A stretch of 64,000 nucleotides of DNA from NCBI GenBank assembly GCA_035502475.1, contig DATJUJ010000034.1, positions 532-64,531 of the forward strand. Direction: 5' to 3'. Below the pieces are notes generated by a model. That model saw only the letters and a program-made list of their open reading frames with translations. It searched no databases and was not told the DNA's origin. Position 1 is the stretch's first letter. Each line of letters opens with the position of its first letter. The DNA is from Thermoplasmata archaeon (GTDB taxonomy: Archaea > Thermoplasmatota > Thermoplasmata > Lutacidiplasmatales > UBA184). A program made the position numbers and the translations under genes. Shown here piece by piece: positions 42,682-51,475 of this stretch.

Positions 42682-43548
42682 ATGGCGCCGGCCGTCCTCG
42701 TGGACGAGCTCGACCGGATCCTCGCGGCCGTCGTCGGGGCCGCGCAGGCGGTCATCGACCGCCCGCATCCGACGGCGGGCAGCCTCCACCGGCTGCACCG
42801 CGAGCTGCGCCGGCTGCGGACCGCCCTCGGCGTGTGGGAGGCGCTCCTCGCGCGCCCGGACCGCGCGCGCCTTGCCCCGCTCGATCAGCGCCTGAAGCGC
42901 CTCGCGCGCCTCGTCGGCCGGATCCGGGACCGGGACGTCTCGATCGATCTCCTGGCGCAGGTCGACGGCGCGCGCTGGCCCCCGGACGAGGCGGTCCGGC
43001 TCGCCGGGTACCGGACCCGGCTCCGCGACGATGCGCGGACGGGGCGGGAGCTATTGCGGGCGTTCCTGCGCGCGGAGCAGGAGGCGGGGCTGTTCTCCGC
43101 GGTGCGCGCCGAGTGGAGACGCCCGGGCGTGCGGTACCGATCGCGCGACGTCCGGTCCGTCCTCTCCGAGGCGAAGGGGCAGGGCGAGGCGCGCGTCCGC
43201 AAGGCGCACCGTTCGGCGCGACGCAAGCCGAGCGTGGGCCGCCTGCATCGGCTGCGGATCCGCGTGCGGGGACTCCGTCACATCACCGACCTCCTGGACG
43301 CGGTCGATCCGGAGGATGCGCGTCCGCTCTCCGCGCCGGTCCGCCGGCTGCAGCGGGACCTCGGTCGCCTCCACGACCTCGACATCACGCTGGACGGGCT
43401 CGCGGCGCCCCTCCGGGAGACCGCGTGGGCCGAGGCCCTGCGCGGGGAGCGGTCGCGTCTGCGCGGCACCCTGCTGCTCGAGCTCGAGCAGAAGCCGTCG
43501 CCGCTGTTCGCCACCCGCCGGCCGCGGACGCGGAGGGCGGCTCCGTGA
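42682..43548 (+). CDS. CHAD domain-containing protein
   Basis: Repeated helical HRLRxxxxxLR motifs (LHRLHRELRRLRTAL, LHRLRIRVRGLRHITDL) and LQRDLGRLHDLDI fit the CHAD pattern. GTG 42655 is an alternative start. Confidence 0.75.
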   Translation: MAPAVLVDELDRILAAVVGAAQAVIDRPHPTAGSLHRLHRELRRLRTALGVWEALLARPDRARLAPLDQRLKRLARLVGRIRDRDVSIDLLAQVDGARWPPDEAVRLAGYRTRLRDDARTGRELLRAFLRAEQEAGLFSAVRAEWRRPGVRYRSRDVRSVLSEAKGQGEARVRKAHRSARRKPSVGRLHRLRIRVRGLRHITDLLDAVDPEDARPLSAPVRRLQRDLGRLHDLDITLDGLAAPLRETAWAEALRGERSRLRGTLLLELEQKPSPLFATRRPRTRRAAP

Positions 43549-45044
43549 CCGCGCTCGCGGCGGACCCCCTCTGCGAGGCGCTCGGGGAGTCGGGGGGACT
43601 CGGCGCGACCGTCCGACAACTGGCCTCCCGGCTCGAGACGAGCCCCGACCGGGTCGCGGAGGCGCTCGACCGCCTGCACGCGCGCGGCGACGTCCTGCGG
43701 ATCGGGCGGGGGCTCTGGGTCCTGCGGGCGTTCGAACGGCTGGACGGCCGGGAAGATTTTGTGGACCCGGCCGAGTTCTCCGAGCGGTTCCTCGCGGAGC
43801 ACGGGATCGCCCTCGGCCGGTACACCGGGCCGATCACGTTCCGGGCGAACGACGCGCTTCCGATCCACCGCTGGTGGCCCTACGTCCAGGGGTACTCGGC
43901 CGAGTTCGTCCGCGCCGTGGTCGAGGCCGCGGCGCTGCCGCGCGGGGCGACCGTGCTCGACCCGTTCGCCGGGAGCGGCACGACGCTCGTCGAGGCCCGG
44001 CGGGCCGGCGCGCGGGCCTGGGGCGCCGAGCTCCTGCGCCCCGCGGTCCTCGCGGCCCGGGTGAAGACCGAGTTCGAGCTCGACCCGGTCGAACTTGGCC
44101 GCTCGGCGGACCGCCTCGTCGCCCGCGCCCGGCGGCGCGCCCCCGGTCGCCTGCCGTTCCTGCGCGAGACCCGACGCCAGTTCACCCCGCGCGCGCTCGC
44201 CTCGCTCACCTGCCTCCGCGACGCATTGCCTCCCGAGGGCACGCCGGTCGCTGACGCGCTCCGTCTCGCCTTCGGGAAAATCCTGATCCCCTCGAGCCGG
44301 CTCCACCGCTCCCCCTGCCTCGGCTACGACCGGCGGCCGCCGACCGACGGACCGGATCCGTACGATCGGTTCGCGGAGGCGATCGCGACCATGACCGGCG
44401 ACCTGGGCCGGGTCGCGGAGGAGCGGGCCCGGTGGGGCCCCACCGCCCGGGTCGTCGCCGGCGACGCCCGGAGCGTCCCGTGGCCCCGGGGCTCGGTCGC
44501 CCTCGCCGTGACGAGTCCGCCGTACGTGAACGGGATGGACTACGTGATGAACTACAAGCTCGACCTCGCCTGGCTCGGCTACGCCGCCTCGTACGCCGAC
44601 CTTGCGGCGCTGCGGAGCGCGGAGGTCGCGTGCGACAACCTCCCCCGGTCCGAGACGGCGCCCTACGTGGAGGCGGCCCGGCCTCCGGACCCCTGGCTCC
44701 CGGCGATCCTGGCCCGGATCCGGCAGAACGTCACGCGCAAGGGCACGTACCGGCGCGCCGACATGCACGCGGTCGTGCACCGGTACTTCGCGGACCTCGT
44801 GCCGGTGATGCGCTCGGTCTACCGGGCCCTCCAGCCCGGCGGGCGGTTCGTCCTGGTCGTTGGCGACTCGCTGCTCGCGGGCACGTACGTTCCCGGGGAC
44901 CTCCTGCTCGCCCGGGTCGGTGCGTCGGTCGGCTTCTCGATCCGGTCGGTCGAGGTCGCGCGGAGCCGACGCAGCGGGCAGCGCCGCTCCTTCGAGCTCC
45001 GCGAATCGGTCGTCACGCTCGAGCGTCCGCACCGGGCCGGCTGA
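43545..45044 (+). CDS. putative N4/N6 DNA methyltransferase with N-terminal winged helix; motif I precedes motif IV
   Basis: 499 aa. wHTH-like LASRLETSPDRVAEALDRLHARGDVLRIGRGLWVL. SAM motif VLDPFAGSGTTLVEA. About 170 aa later comes the catalytic LAVTSPPYVNGMDY, then YRALQPGGRFVLVVGDS. The GTG start overlaps the CHAD stop (GTGA). Confidence 0.75.
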   Translation: MTALAADPLCEALGESGGLGATVRQLASRLETSPDRVAEALDRLHARGDVLRIGRGLWVLRAFERLDGREDFVDPAEFSERFLAEHGIALGRYTGPITFRANDALPIHRWWPYVQGYSAEFVRAVVEAAALPRGATVLDPFAGSGTTLVEARRAGARAWGAELLRPAVLAARVKTEFELDPVELGRSADRLVARARRRAPGRLPFLRETRRQFTPRALASLTCLRDALPPEGTPVADALRLAFGKILIPSSRLHRSPCLGYDRRPPTDGPDPYDRFAEAIATMTGDLGRVAEERARWGPTARVVAGDARSVPWPRGSVALAVTSPPYVNGMDYVMNYKLDLAWLGYAASYADLAALRSAEVACDNLPRSETAPYVEAARPPDPWLPAILARIRQNVTRKGTYRRADMHAVVHRYFADLVPVMRSVYRALQPGGRFVLVVGDSLLAGTYVPGDLLLARVGASVGFSIRSVEVARSRRSGQRRSFELRESVVTLERPHRAG

Positions 45045-45119
45045 CCGACGAGCCGCGGTGCGCGTGCACGGAAACCCTTAATCGTCCCTCCCGGCCGTCG
45101 GAGTCTCGGAGCTGGGCAG

Positions 45120-45866
45120 ATGCCGCCCCGCGGTCCCAACCCGCACTTCCTCGAGCCGCTGCTCGGCGTGGCGTTCGACCTCGACGGCACGCTCGTCCTG
45201 TCGCACCACGACTTCCGCCGGATGCGGGTCGAGGTGATCCGGATCGCGGAGCGCTACGGGGTCATGCCGGGCCACCTCTCGATCGAGCAGCCGATCCACA
45301 AGACGATCGAGGCGGCCCGGGACGAGATCCACAACTCCGGCGCACCGGACGGGACGCTGTTCCGGTTCGAGGCCGAGTACCGGAAGACGCTCGATGCCAT
45401 CGAGATGGAGGCGCTCCCGCGCAGCACGGCGCGGCCCGGCGCCGAGCCGCTCCTGAAGGCGCTCGGCGACCGCGGGTTCCGCCTGGGGCTCCTCACGCGG
45501 GCGTCGGAGGAGTTCGCTCGGGCCGCGCTCGCCCGCACCGGGCTCGCCCCGTACTTCGGCTACCTGAGGAGCCGCAGCGCCGAGGGCCCGGCGAAGCCGT
45601 CCCCCGAGTCGCTCCTCCACCTCTTGCGCGAGATGCAGGTCCCGATCGACCGGGCGGTCTACGTGGGCGACCACCTCCTCGACGCCGAGTGCGCGGTCGC
45701 CGCGCACGTCCGCTTCTACGCCGTCCTGCCCGACCCCAGCGAGAGCGCGGGATCGGCGATGAGCGCGGACCGCTTCCTGGCCGCCGGTGCGAGCGCGGTT
45801 GCGACCGACCTGCGCGAGCTCGCGCGGCAGCTCGACGTGATGCCGCCCCCGACCGCCGCCCGCTGA
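45120..45866 (+). CDS. HAD-superfamily hydrolase (phosphoglycolate phosphatase/PpaX-like)
   Basis: VAFDLDGTLV (motif I), LLTRAS (II) and YVGDHLLDAE (IV). Confidence 0.85.
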   Translation: MPPRGPNPHFLEPLLGVAFDLDGTLVLSHHDFRRMRVEVIRIAERYGVMPGHLSIEQPIHKTIEAARDEIHNSGAPDGTLFRFEAEYRKTLDAIEMEALPRSTARPGAEPLLKALGDRGFRLGLLTRASEEFARAALARTGLAPYFGYLRSRSAEGPAKPSPESLLHLLREMQVPIDRAVYVGDHLLDAECAVAAHVRFYAVLPDPSESAGSAMSADRFLAAGASAVATDLRELARQLDVMPPPTAAR

Positions 45867-45873
45867 GCGCGGC

Positions 45874-46869
45874 TCAGAGATAGCTCGCGTAGGCGTGGAT
45901 GATCGCCCGCTCGGCGGTCGCCCACGCCTCGGGGATCTGGTTCCAGCCGTTCCTCAGGTCCCCCACGGCGTAGAGGCCGGGGATCGGCTCGCCGGTCGCG
46001 TCGGCAATCGCCCGGCAGTCCTCGTCGGTCACCACGAAGCCGTCGGCGTCGAACCGGCAGCCGAGCGACCGGGGGATCGCCTGGTGCATGTCGAACCAGC
46101 CGAGCGCCGAGAAGCCGCGGTCGTAGCTGCGATGGCTTCCGTCCGCGAACCGGACCCCGAAGCGGTGCTCCCGGATCTCGTCGAAGCCGACCATCGGGCT
46201 CTCGACCACGCCGATCCCGTGCTGCGTCAACGCCGCGCGCAGGGCGGCGGCGTCCTCGGGCCGGGCCCCGGCCAGCAGGGAAGCGCCGTGGGTCAGCAGC
46301 TCCACCGACCGGGGATGGAAGTGGAGGATGTCGAGCGCGTTGCGGACGGCGAACTCGTCGGACCCGATGACCGCGATCGAGCGCTCGGGGAACTCGTGTC
46401 CGTCGCAGAGCAGGCAGAAGTCGACGAGCGCCTGGTTCGCCCACGGGAAGATCGGGTCGATCGCCCCGCCGACCTCGGGGATCCGGTCGACGACCCCGAG
46501 CGCGAGCACGACCGCGCGCCCGCGCGCGGTCTGGGGCTGCTTCAGCCAGTCGAAGGCCACCACGAACCGATCGCCCTCGCGCACCACCGACTGGGCCCGG
46601 GCGGGGGTGAAGTAGCCGACCGACGCCTCGGCCGCGCGCACGGCGGCGATCTGGAGGTCGAGCAGCTTGTGGCCGGAGATCCCCTCGGGGAACCCGGGGA
46701 TGTTGTCCATCCGCGGCGCGTAGTACGATCGGGAGTACTTGGGTCCGCGATCGACGATCGCGGCGGTGTGGCCGAGCAGCGCCGTCTTGAGCCCCGCCTG
46801 CAGGCCGGCGTGCCCGCCCCCGACCACGACCACGTCGTACGATTCCCGCAGGCGAGGGAAGCCCGGCAC
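45874..46869 (-). CDS. thioredoxin-reductase-like FAD-dependent pyridine nucleotide-disulfide oxidoreductase
   Basis: YDVVVVGGGHAGL FAD motif, redox CLLCDG (CxxCDG as in TrxB) and C-terminal YAVGD. Confidence 0.8.
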   Translation of the reverse strand: MPGFPRLRESYDVVVVGGGHAGLQAGLKTALLGHTAAIVDRGPKYSRSYYAPRMDNIPGFPEGISGHKLLDLQIAAVRAAEASVGYFTPARAQSVVREGDRFVVAFDWLKQPQTARGRAVVLALGVVDRIPEVGGAIDPIFPWANQALVDFCLLCDGHEFPERSIAVIGSDEFAVRNALDILHFHPRSVELLTHGASLLAGARPEDAAALRAALTQHGIGVVESPMVGFDEIREHRFGVRFADGSHRSYDRGFSALGWFDMHQAIPRSLGCRFDADGFVVTDEDCRAIADATGEPIPGLYAVGDLRNGWNQIPEAWATAERAIIHAYASYL

Positions 46870-47003
46870 GTCCGCTCCACCGGGCGGGGGGATTTGATGC
46901 CTCGCGACCGTCGGAAGGCCCTGCCGGAGCCCCGCGCGCTCCGACGCGACGGCAAAAGTTAAGCGCGACCCGCCTCCTCGGACGATTCGGGTTCTTCACG
47001 ACC

Positions 47004-48149
47004 GTGCCTTCCCGCGCCGATCCCGACGCGCTGGGGGGGACCTTGCTGCTCGAGGACGGCATGCGCCTCGACGGGCGCGGGCTGGGGCCGAGGGGCCGGC
47101 GCGTCGGCGAGGTCGTGTTCACGACCGGGATGGTCGGCTACCCCGAGTCGCTGACAGACCCGTCGTTCCGCGGCCAGATCCTCACGTTCACCTATCCGCT
47201 CCTCGGCAACTACGGGGTACCCGCCGCAGGGGCGACCGACCACTACGGCCTCCCCGTCCTCGAGAGCGGCGAGCTTCAGGTGCGCGGGGTCCTCGTGCGC
47301 GGCACCACGCGGCCGCACCACTGGGGCTCCGGCCGGTCCCTCGAGGACTGGCTGCTCGCGGAAGGGGTCGGGGGGATCGCGGGCGTCGATACCCGACGGC
47401 TCACGGAGCACCTGCGCGCGCGGGGCGTCGTGCGCGGGGTGCTCGACGTGCACGCCGGGGACGATCGGCCGTCCGACGACGAGCTCGCCCAGGCGATCGC
47501 ACGAGCGCCCGCGTACGACGAGGAGAACTACATGGCCGAGGTCGCGCCGAAGCGCCCCGTCCTGCTCGCGCGCCCCGGCGGCCCCACCGTCGCGGTCCTC
47601 GACTGCGGCATCAAGCTGAGCATCGTCCGGGCGCTCCTCGATCGGGGCGTCTCGGTCCTGCGCCTGCCCTACGACCACGAGGTGCCGACCCGGTGGGAGG
47701 GCCGCCGGATCGGCGGGCTGCTCGTCGGGAACGGACCGGGCGATCCGTCCGACCTCGCGGCGACGATCGAGGAGCTCGGACGGCCCGCGAACCGGGAGCT
47801 CCCCACGCTGGGGATCTGCCTCGGGCACCAGCTCCTCGCGCTCTCGCGCGGCGCGACGACGTACAAGCTCAAGTACGGCCACCGGGGCCAGAACAAGACG
47901 ATCGACTTCTCGGACGGCCGGGCGCTCATCGTGAGCGAGAACCACGGCTACGCGGTCGATCCCAAGTCGCTGAAGGCCTCCGGGCTCGAGCCGTGGGCGA
48001 CCAACCCCGACGACGGGACGCTCGAAGGGTTCCGGGACCGCGGCGGCCGCCTGCTCGCGCTGCAGGGCCACCCCGAGGGCCATCCCGGCCCCCAGGAGGC
48101 GTCGTTCGCGTTCGACCGGTTCGTCGCGCGGGTGAGGCGACGCGCATGA
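47004..48149 (+). CDS. carA: carbamoyl-phosphate synthase small (glutaminase) subunit
   Basis: LLLEDGMRLDGRGLG...GEVVFTTGMVGYPESLTDPSF N-terminal domain and GATase triad region GICLGHQLL...HGY. GTG start. Confidence 0.95.
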   Translation: MPSRADPDALGGTLLLEDGMRLDGRGLGPRGRRVGEVVFTTGMVGYPESLTDPSFRGQILTFTYPLLGNYGVPAAGATDHYGLPVLESGELQVRGVLVRGTTRPHHWGSGRSLEDWLLAEGVGGIAGVDTRRLTEHLRARGVVRGVLDVHAGDDRPSDDELAQAIARAPAYDEENYMAEVAPKRPVLLARPGGPTVAVLDCGIKLSIVRALLDRGVSVLRLPYDHEVPTRWEGRRIGGLLVGNGPGDPSDLAATIEELGRPANRELPTLGICLGHQLLALSRGATTYKLKYGHRGQNKTIDFSDGRALIVSENHGYAVDPKSLKASGLEPWATNPDDGTLEGFRDRGGRLLALQGHPEGHPGPQEASFAFDRFVARVRRRA

Positions 48150-51100
48150 CCCACACGCTGCCCTCGAAGGTCGTGCTGCTCGGCAGCGGCGCGCTCAAGA
48201 TCGGCGAGGCCGGCGAGTTCGACTACTCGGGCAGCCAGTGCCTCAAGGCCCTCGATGAGGAGGGCGTCTACGCCGTCGTGGTGAACCCGAACATCGCGAC
48301 CCTGCAGACCGACCCCCCGCGCCACGGACGGGTCTACTTCCAGCCGCTCACCCCCGACTTCGTCGCGCCGATCCTCGAGGCGGAGCGTCCCGACGGGCTC
48401 CTGCTCTCGTTCGGGGGTCAGACCGCGCTCAACTGCGGCGTCGCGCTCCACGACCAGGGGATCCTGAAGCGGACCCAGACCCGGGTCCTCGGCACCCCGC
48501 TCTCCGGCATCAAGGCGACCGAGGACCGGGCCCGGTTCGTCCGCGCCATGGCCCGCGCCAAGGTCCCGACCCTCCCGAGCCGGGCGGTCTACTCCTACGC
48601 GGACGCGCTCGTCGTGGCCGAGGAGCTCGGCTACCCCGTGATGATCCGCGTCGCCTACACGCTCGGCGGGAAGGGCGGCGGCGTGGCGCGCGACCGCGCC
48701 GAGCTCGCGGAGGTCGTGAGCCGCGGGCTGCGGGCGAGCCCGGTCGGCCAGGTGCTCCTCGAGCGGTACGTCGGCTCGTTCAAGCAGCTCGAGTACGAGG
48801 TCGTGCGCGACGCGAAGGGCAACACGCTCACCGTCTGCAACATGGAGAACGTGCTCGGGATGCGCGTCCACACCGGCGACAACGTCGTCGTCGCCCCCAG
48901 CCAGACGCTCACCGACGAGGAATACCAGATGCTCCGCCAGGCCGCGCTGCGCGCGGTCGGGGTCTGCGGGATCGTCGGGGAGTGCAACATCCAGTTCTGC
49001 CTCAACCCCGAGAGCCGGGAGTACTACGCGATCGAGATCAACGCGCGGCTCTCCCGCTCGAGCGCGCTCGCGAGCAAGGCGACCGGCTACCCGCTCGCGT
49101 ACGTCGCCGCGAAGCTCGCGCTCGGCTACACGCTCCCCGAGCTCCAGAACCGGGTGACCGGCGTCACGACCGCCTGCTTCGAGCCGGCGCTCGACTACGT
49201 CGTCGTGAAGCTCCCGCGCTGGGACCTCGAAAAGTTCGCGCGGGCGGACCGACGGCTCGGTCCCTCGATGAAGTCGGTCGGGGAGGTGATGGGGATCGGC
49301 GCCTCGTTCCCCGAGGCGCTCTCGAAGGCGGTCCGGATGAGCGACCCGCGCTCCGACCTCGTACCCCCGACGGAGGTGCGCGAGCCGTCCCAGATCCTGG
49401 CCGACCTCGCCGCCCCCACGCCGGACATCCTGCAGCGCGTCCTCGAGGCGCTCCGGGCCGGCCTCGACAGCGAGACGATCGAGCGGGTCTCCTTCATCGA
49501 TCGGTGGTTCGTCGACTGCCTCGCGGAGATCGACACCGCCCACCGGGCGCTCTCGGCCGCGCCGCCCGGCGACGTCGCCCCGGCGCTCCTCGCCCGGGCC
49601 AAGGAGCTCGGCTTCTCGGACCGGGCGGTCGGCCGGGCGGCGCGGCTCGACGAGGAGGAGGTGCGCCGCCGCCGCCTCGCCGCGGGGATCCGGCCGCGCA
49701 TCCGCATGATCGACACGCTCGCCGGCGAGTGGCCGGCGCGCACGAACTACCTCTACCTCACGTACCGCGCGGACGCCGACGACGTCGCGCCGATGCCGCC
49801 CGGCTCGGTGCTGGTCGTCGGCGCGGGCCCCTACCGCATCGGCTCGAGCGTCGAGTTCGACTGGTCGACGATGAACCTCGCCGACGGGCTGAAGGCCGAG
49901 GGGGTCCCCGGCGTCGCCGTGCTCAACTCGAACCCCGAGACGGTCTCCACGGACTACGACCGCTCCGACCGGCTCTACTTCGAGGAGATCACGCTCGAGC
50001 GGGTCCGGGACATCGCCGAGTTCGAGTCGTTCCGGGGCGTGGTGACGTGCGTCGGGAGCCAGCTCGCCCAGAACCTGACGCCGCTGCTCGACCTCTTCGG
50101 CATCCCGATCCTCGGGACGGCGTCGCGCTCGATCGACACCGCCGAGAACCGCGCCGAGTTCGCGCGCCTCCTGGAGCGGCTCGAGATCCCGCAGCCCGCC
50201 TGGCGGGCGTTCACGACGGTCGAGGCGGCGTCGGAGTTCGCGGACGAGGTCGGCTACCCGGTCCTCGTGCGCCCGTCCTACGTGCTGTCGGGCCAGGCGA
50301 TGCGGGTGATCGCCGGCCGGGCGGACCTCGCCCGCTTCCTCTCCGAGGCGACCCGCGTCTCGCCGGAGCACCCGGTCGTGATCACGAAGTTCGTGGAGGG
50401 CGCGGACGAGGTCGAGCTCGACGCCATCTCCGACGGCGAGCGGGTGCTGGTCGCCGGCGTGCTCGAGCACGTCGAGCGGGCCGGGGTCCACTCGGGCGAC
50501 GCGATCTTCTGCCTGCCGCCCCGGCACACCCCGCCCGCGGTCCAGGCGCAGCTGATCGAGGCGGCCGGCCGGCTCGCCCGGACCCTCAAGATCCGCGGGC
50601 CGTTCAACGTCCAGTTCCTCGTGAAGGACGCGGCGTACCAGATCATCGAGCTCAACCTGCGCGCGAGCCGGTCGCTGCCGTTCCTCGCCAAGGCGACGGG
50701 CGTGCCGCTCCTCCGCGAGGCGGCCCGGGCGATGCTCGGCCGCCCGATCGAGCGGGAGGGGGTCGCCCGGCTGCCGCGGGGCCGCTGGGGCGTCAAGGTG
50801 CCGCAGTTCTCGTTCCTCCAGCTGGCGGGCTCGGACCCGCTCCTCGGCGTCGAGATGCAATCGACCGGCGAGGTCGCCTGCTTCGGGCCCACGTTCTCGG
50901 ACGCGCTCGTCAAGGCGCTGGTCGCGACCGGCGTCCGCTTAGTGCCGAAGCGGGGGACGGTGTTCCTCTCGGTCGGCGGGCCCGCGCTCAAGGAGGCGCT
51001 GCTCCCGGTCGCCCGACGGCTCCAGGACCACGGCCTGCGCATCGCCGCGACGGAGGACACCGGGGCGTTCCTCGCCGCCCGCGGCTTCCGCGGGGTCCGC

Positions 51101-51460
51101 ATCCTCCACAAGGTCTCGGAGCCGGACCGGCACCCGAACGTGCTCGAGGCGCTCGACCGCGACGAGATCGACCTGCTGCTCAACGTCCCGCTCTCGCTGA
51201 CGCAGGAGAAGTTCGAGCGGATGCTGGAGGACGAGTACGTCCTTCGGCGCCGGGCGGTCGAGCTCGCGATCCCCCTGTTCACGAGCCTGGAGGCGTTCGC
51301 CGCCTACGTCGACGGGGTGATCTGGCTCGAGGACCACCCGCTCACGGTCGACGCGCTCTACGGGACGCCCGAGCCCGGCGGACCGGAACGCGTGCCGGCG
51401 AAGCCCCGGGACCTCCCGCTCCACCCGCGGCGCGCGCGCCGACGGCGGACGCGCCGCTAG
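48146..51460 (+). CDS. carB: carbamoyl-phosphate synthase large subunit
   Basis: 1104 aa from an ATG that overlaps the carA stop (ATGA). VVLLGSGALKIGEAGEFDYSGSQ and two ATP-grasp halves plus an MGS-like C-terminal domain. The last about 40 aa are Arg/Pro-rich. Confidence 0.95.
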   Translation: MTHTLPSKVVLLGSGALKIGEAGEFDYSGSQCLKALDEEGVYAVVVNPNIATLQTDPPRHGRVYFQPLTPDFVAPILEAERPDGLLLSFGGQTALNCGVALHDQGILKRTQTRVLGTPLSGIKATEDRARFVRAMARAKVPTLPSRAVYSYADALVVAEELGYPVMIRVAYTLGGKGGGVARDRAELAEVVSRGLRASPVGQVLLERYVGSFKQLEYEVVRDAKGNTLTVCNMENVLGMRVHTGDNVVVAPSQTLTDEEYQMLRQAALRAVGVCGIVGECNIQFCLNPESREYYAIEINARLSRSSALASKATGYPLAYVAAKLALGYTLPELQNRVTGVTTACFEPALDYVVVKLPRWDLEKFARADRRLGPSMKSVGEVMGIGASFPEALSKAVRMSDPRSDLVPPTEVREPSQILADLAAPTPDILQRVLEALRAGLDSETIERVSFIDRWFVDCLAEIDTAHRALSAAPPGDVAPALLARAKELGFSDRAVGRAARLDEEEVRRRRLAAGIRPRIRMIDTLAGEWPARTNYLYLTYRADADDVAPMPPGSVLVVGAGPYRIGSSVEFDWSTMNLADGLKAEGVPGVAVLNSNPETVSTDYDRSDRLYFEEITLERVRDIAEFESFRGVVTCVGSQLAQNLTPLLDLFGIPILGTASRSIDTAENRAEFARLLERLEIPQPAWRAFTTVEAASEFADEVGYPVLVRPSYVLSGQAMRVIAGRADLARFLSEATRVSPEHPVVITKFVEGADEVELDAISDGERVLVAGVLEHVERAGVHSGDAIFCLPPRHTPPAVQAQLIEAAGRLARTLKIRGPFNVQFLVKDAAYQIIELNLRASRSLPFLAKATGVPLLREAARAMLGRPIEREGVARLPRGRWGVKVPQFSFLQLAGSDPLLGVEMQSTGEVACFGPTFSDALVKALVATGVRLVPKRGTVFLSVGGPALKEALLPVARRLQDHGLRIAATEDTGAFLAARGFRGVRILHKVSEPDRHPNVLEALDRDEIDLLLNVPLSLTQEKFERMLEDEYVLRRRAVELAIPLFTSLEAFAAYVDGVIWLEDHPLTVDALYGTPEPGGPERVPAKPRDLPLHPRRARRRRTRR

Positions 51461-51475
51461 CCGAAGGGGACCCGC

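Noticed and set aside
43545-45866. Restriction-modification system around the methyltransferase
   Set aside because: No endonuclease-like or specificity-subunit ORF is adjacent. The flanks are the CHAD gene and a HAD hydrolase, so the enzyme is treated as an orphan methyltransferase.
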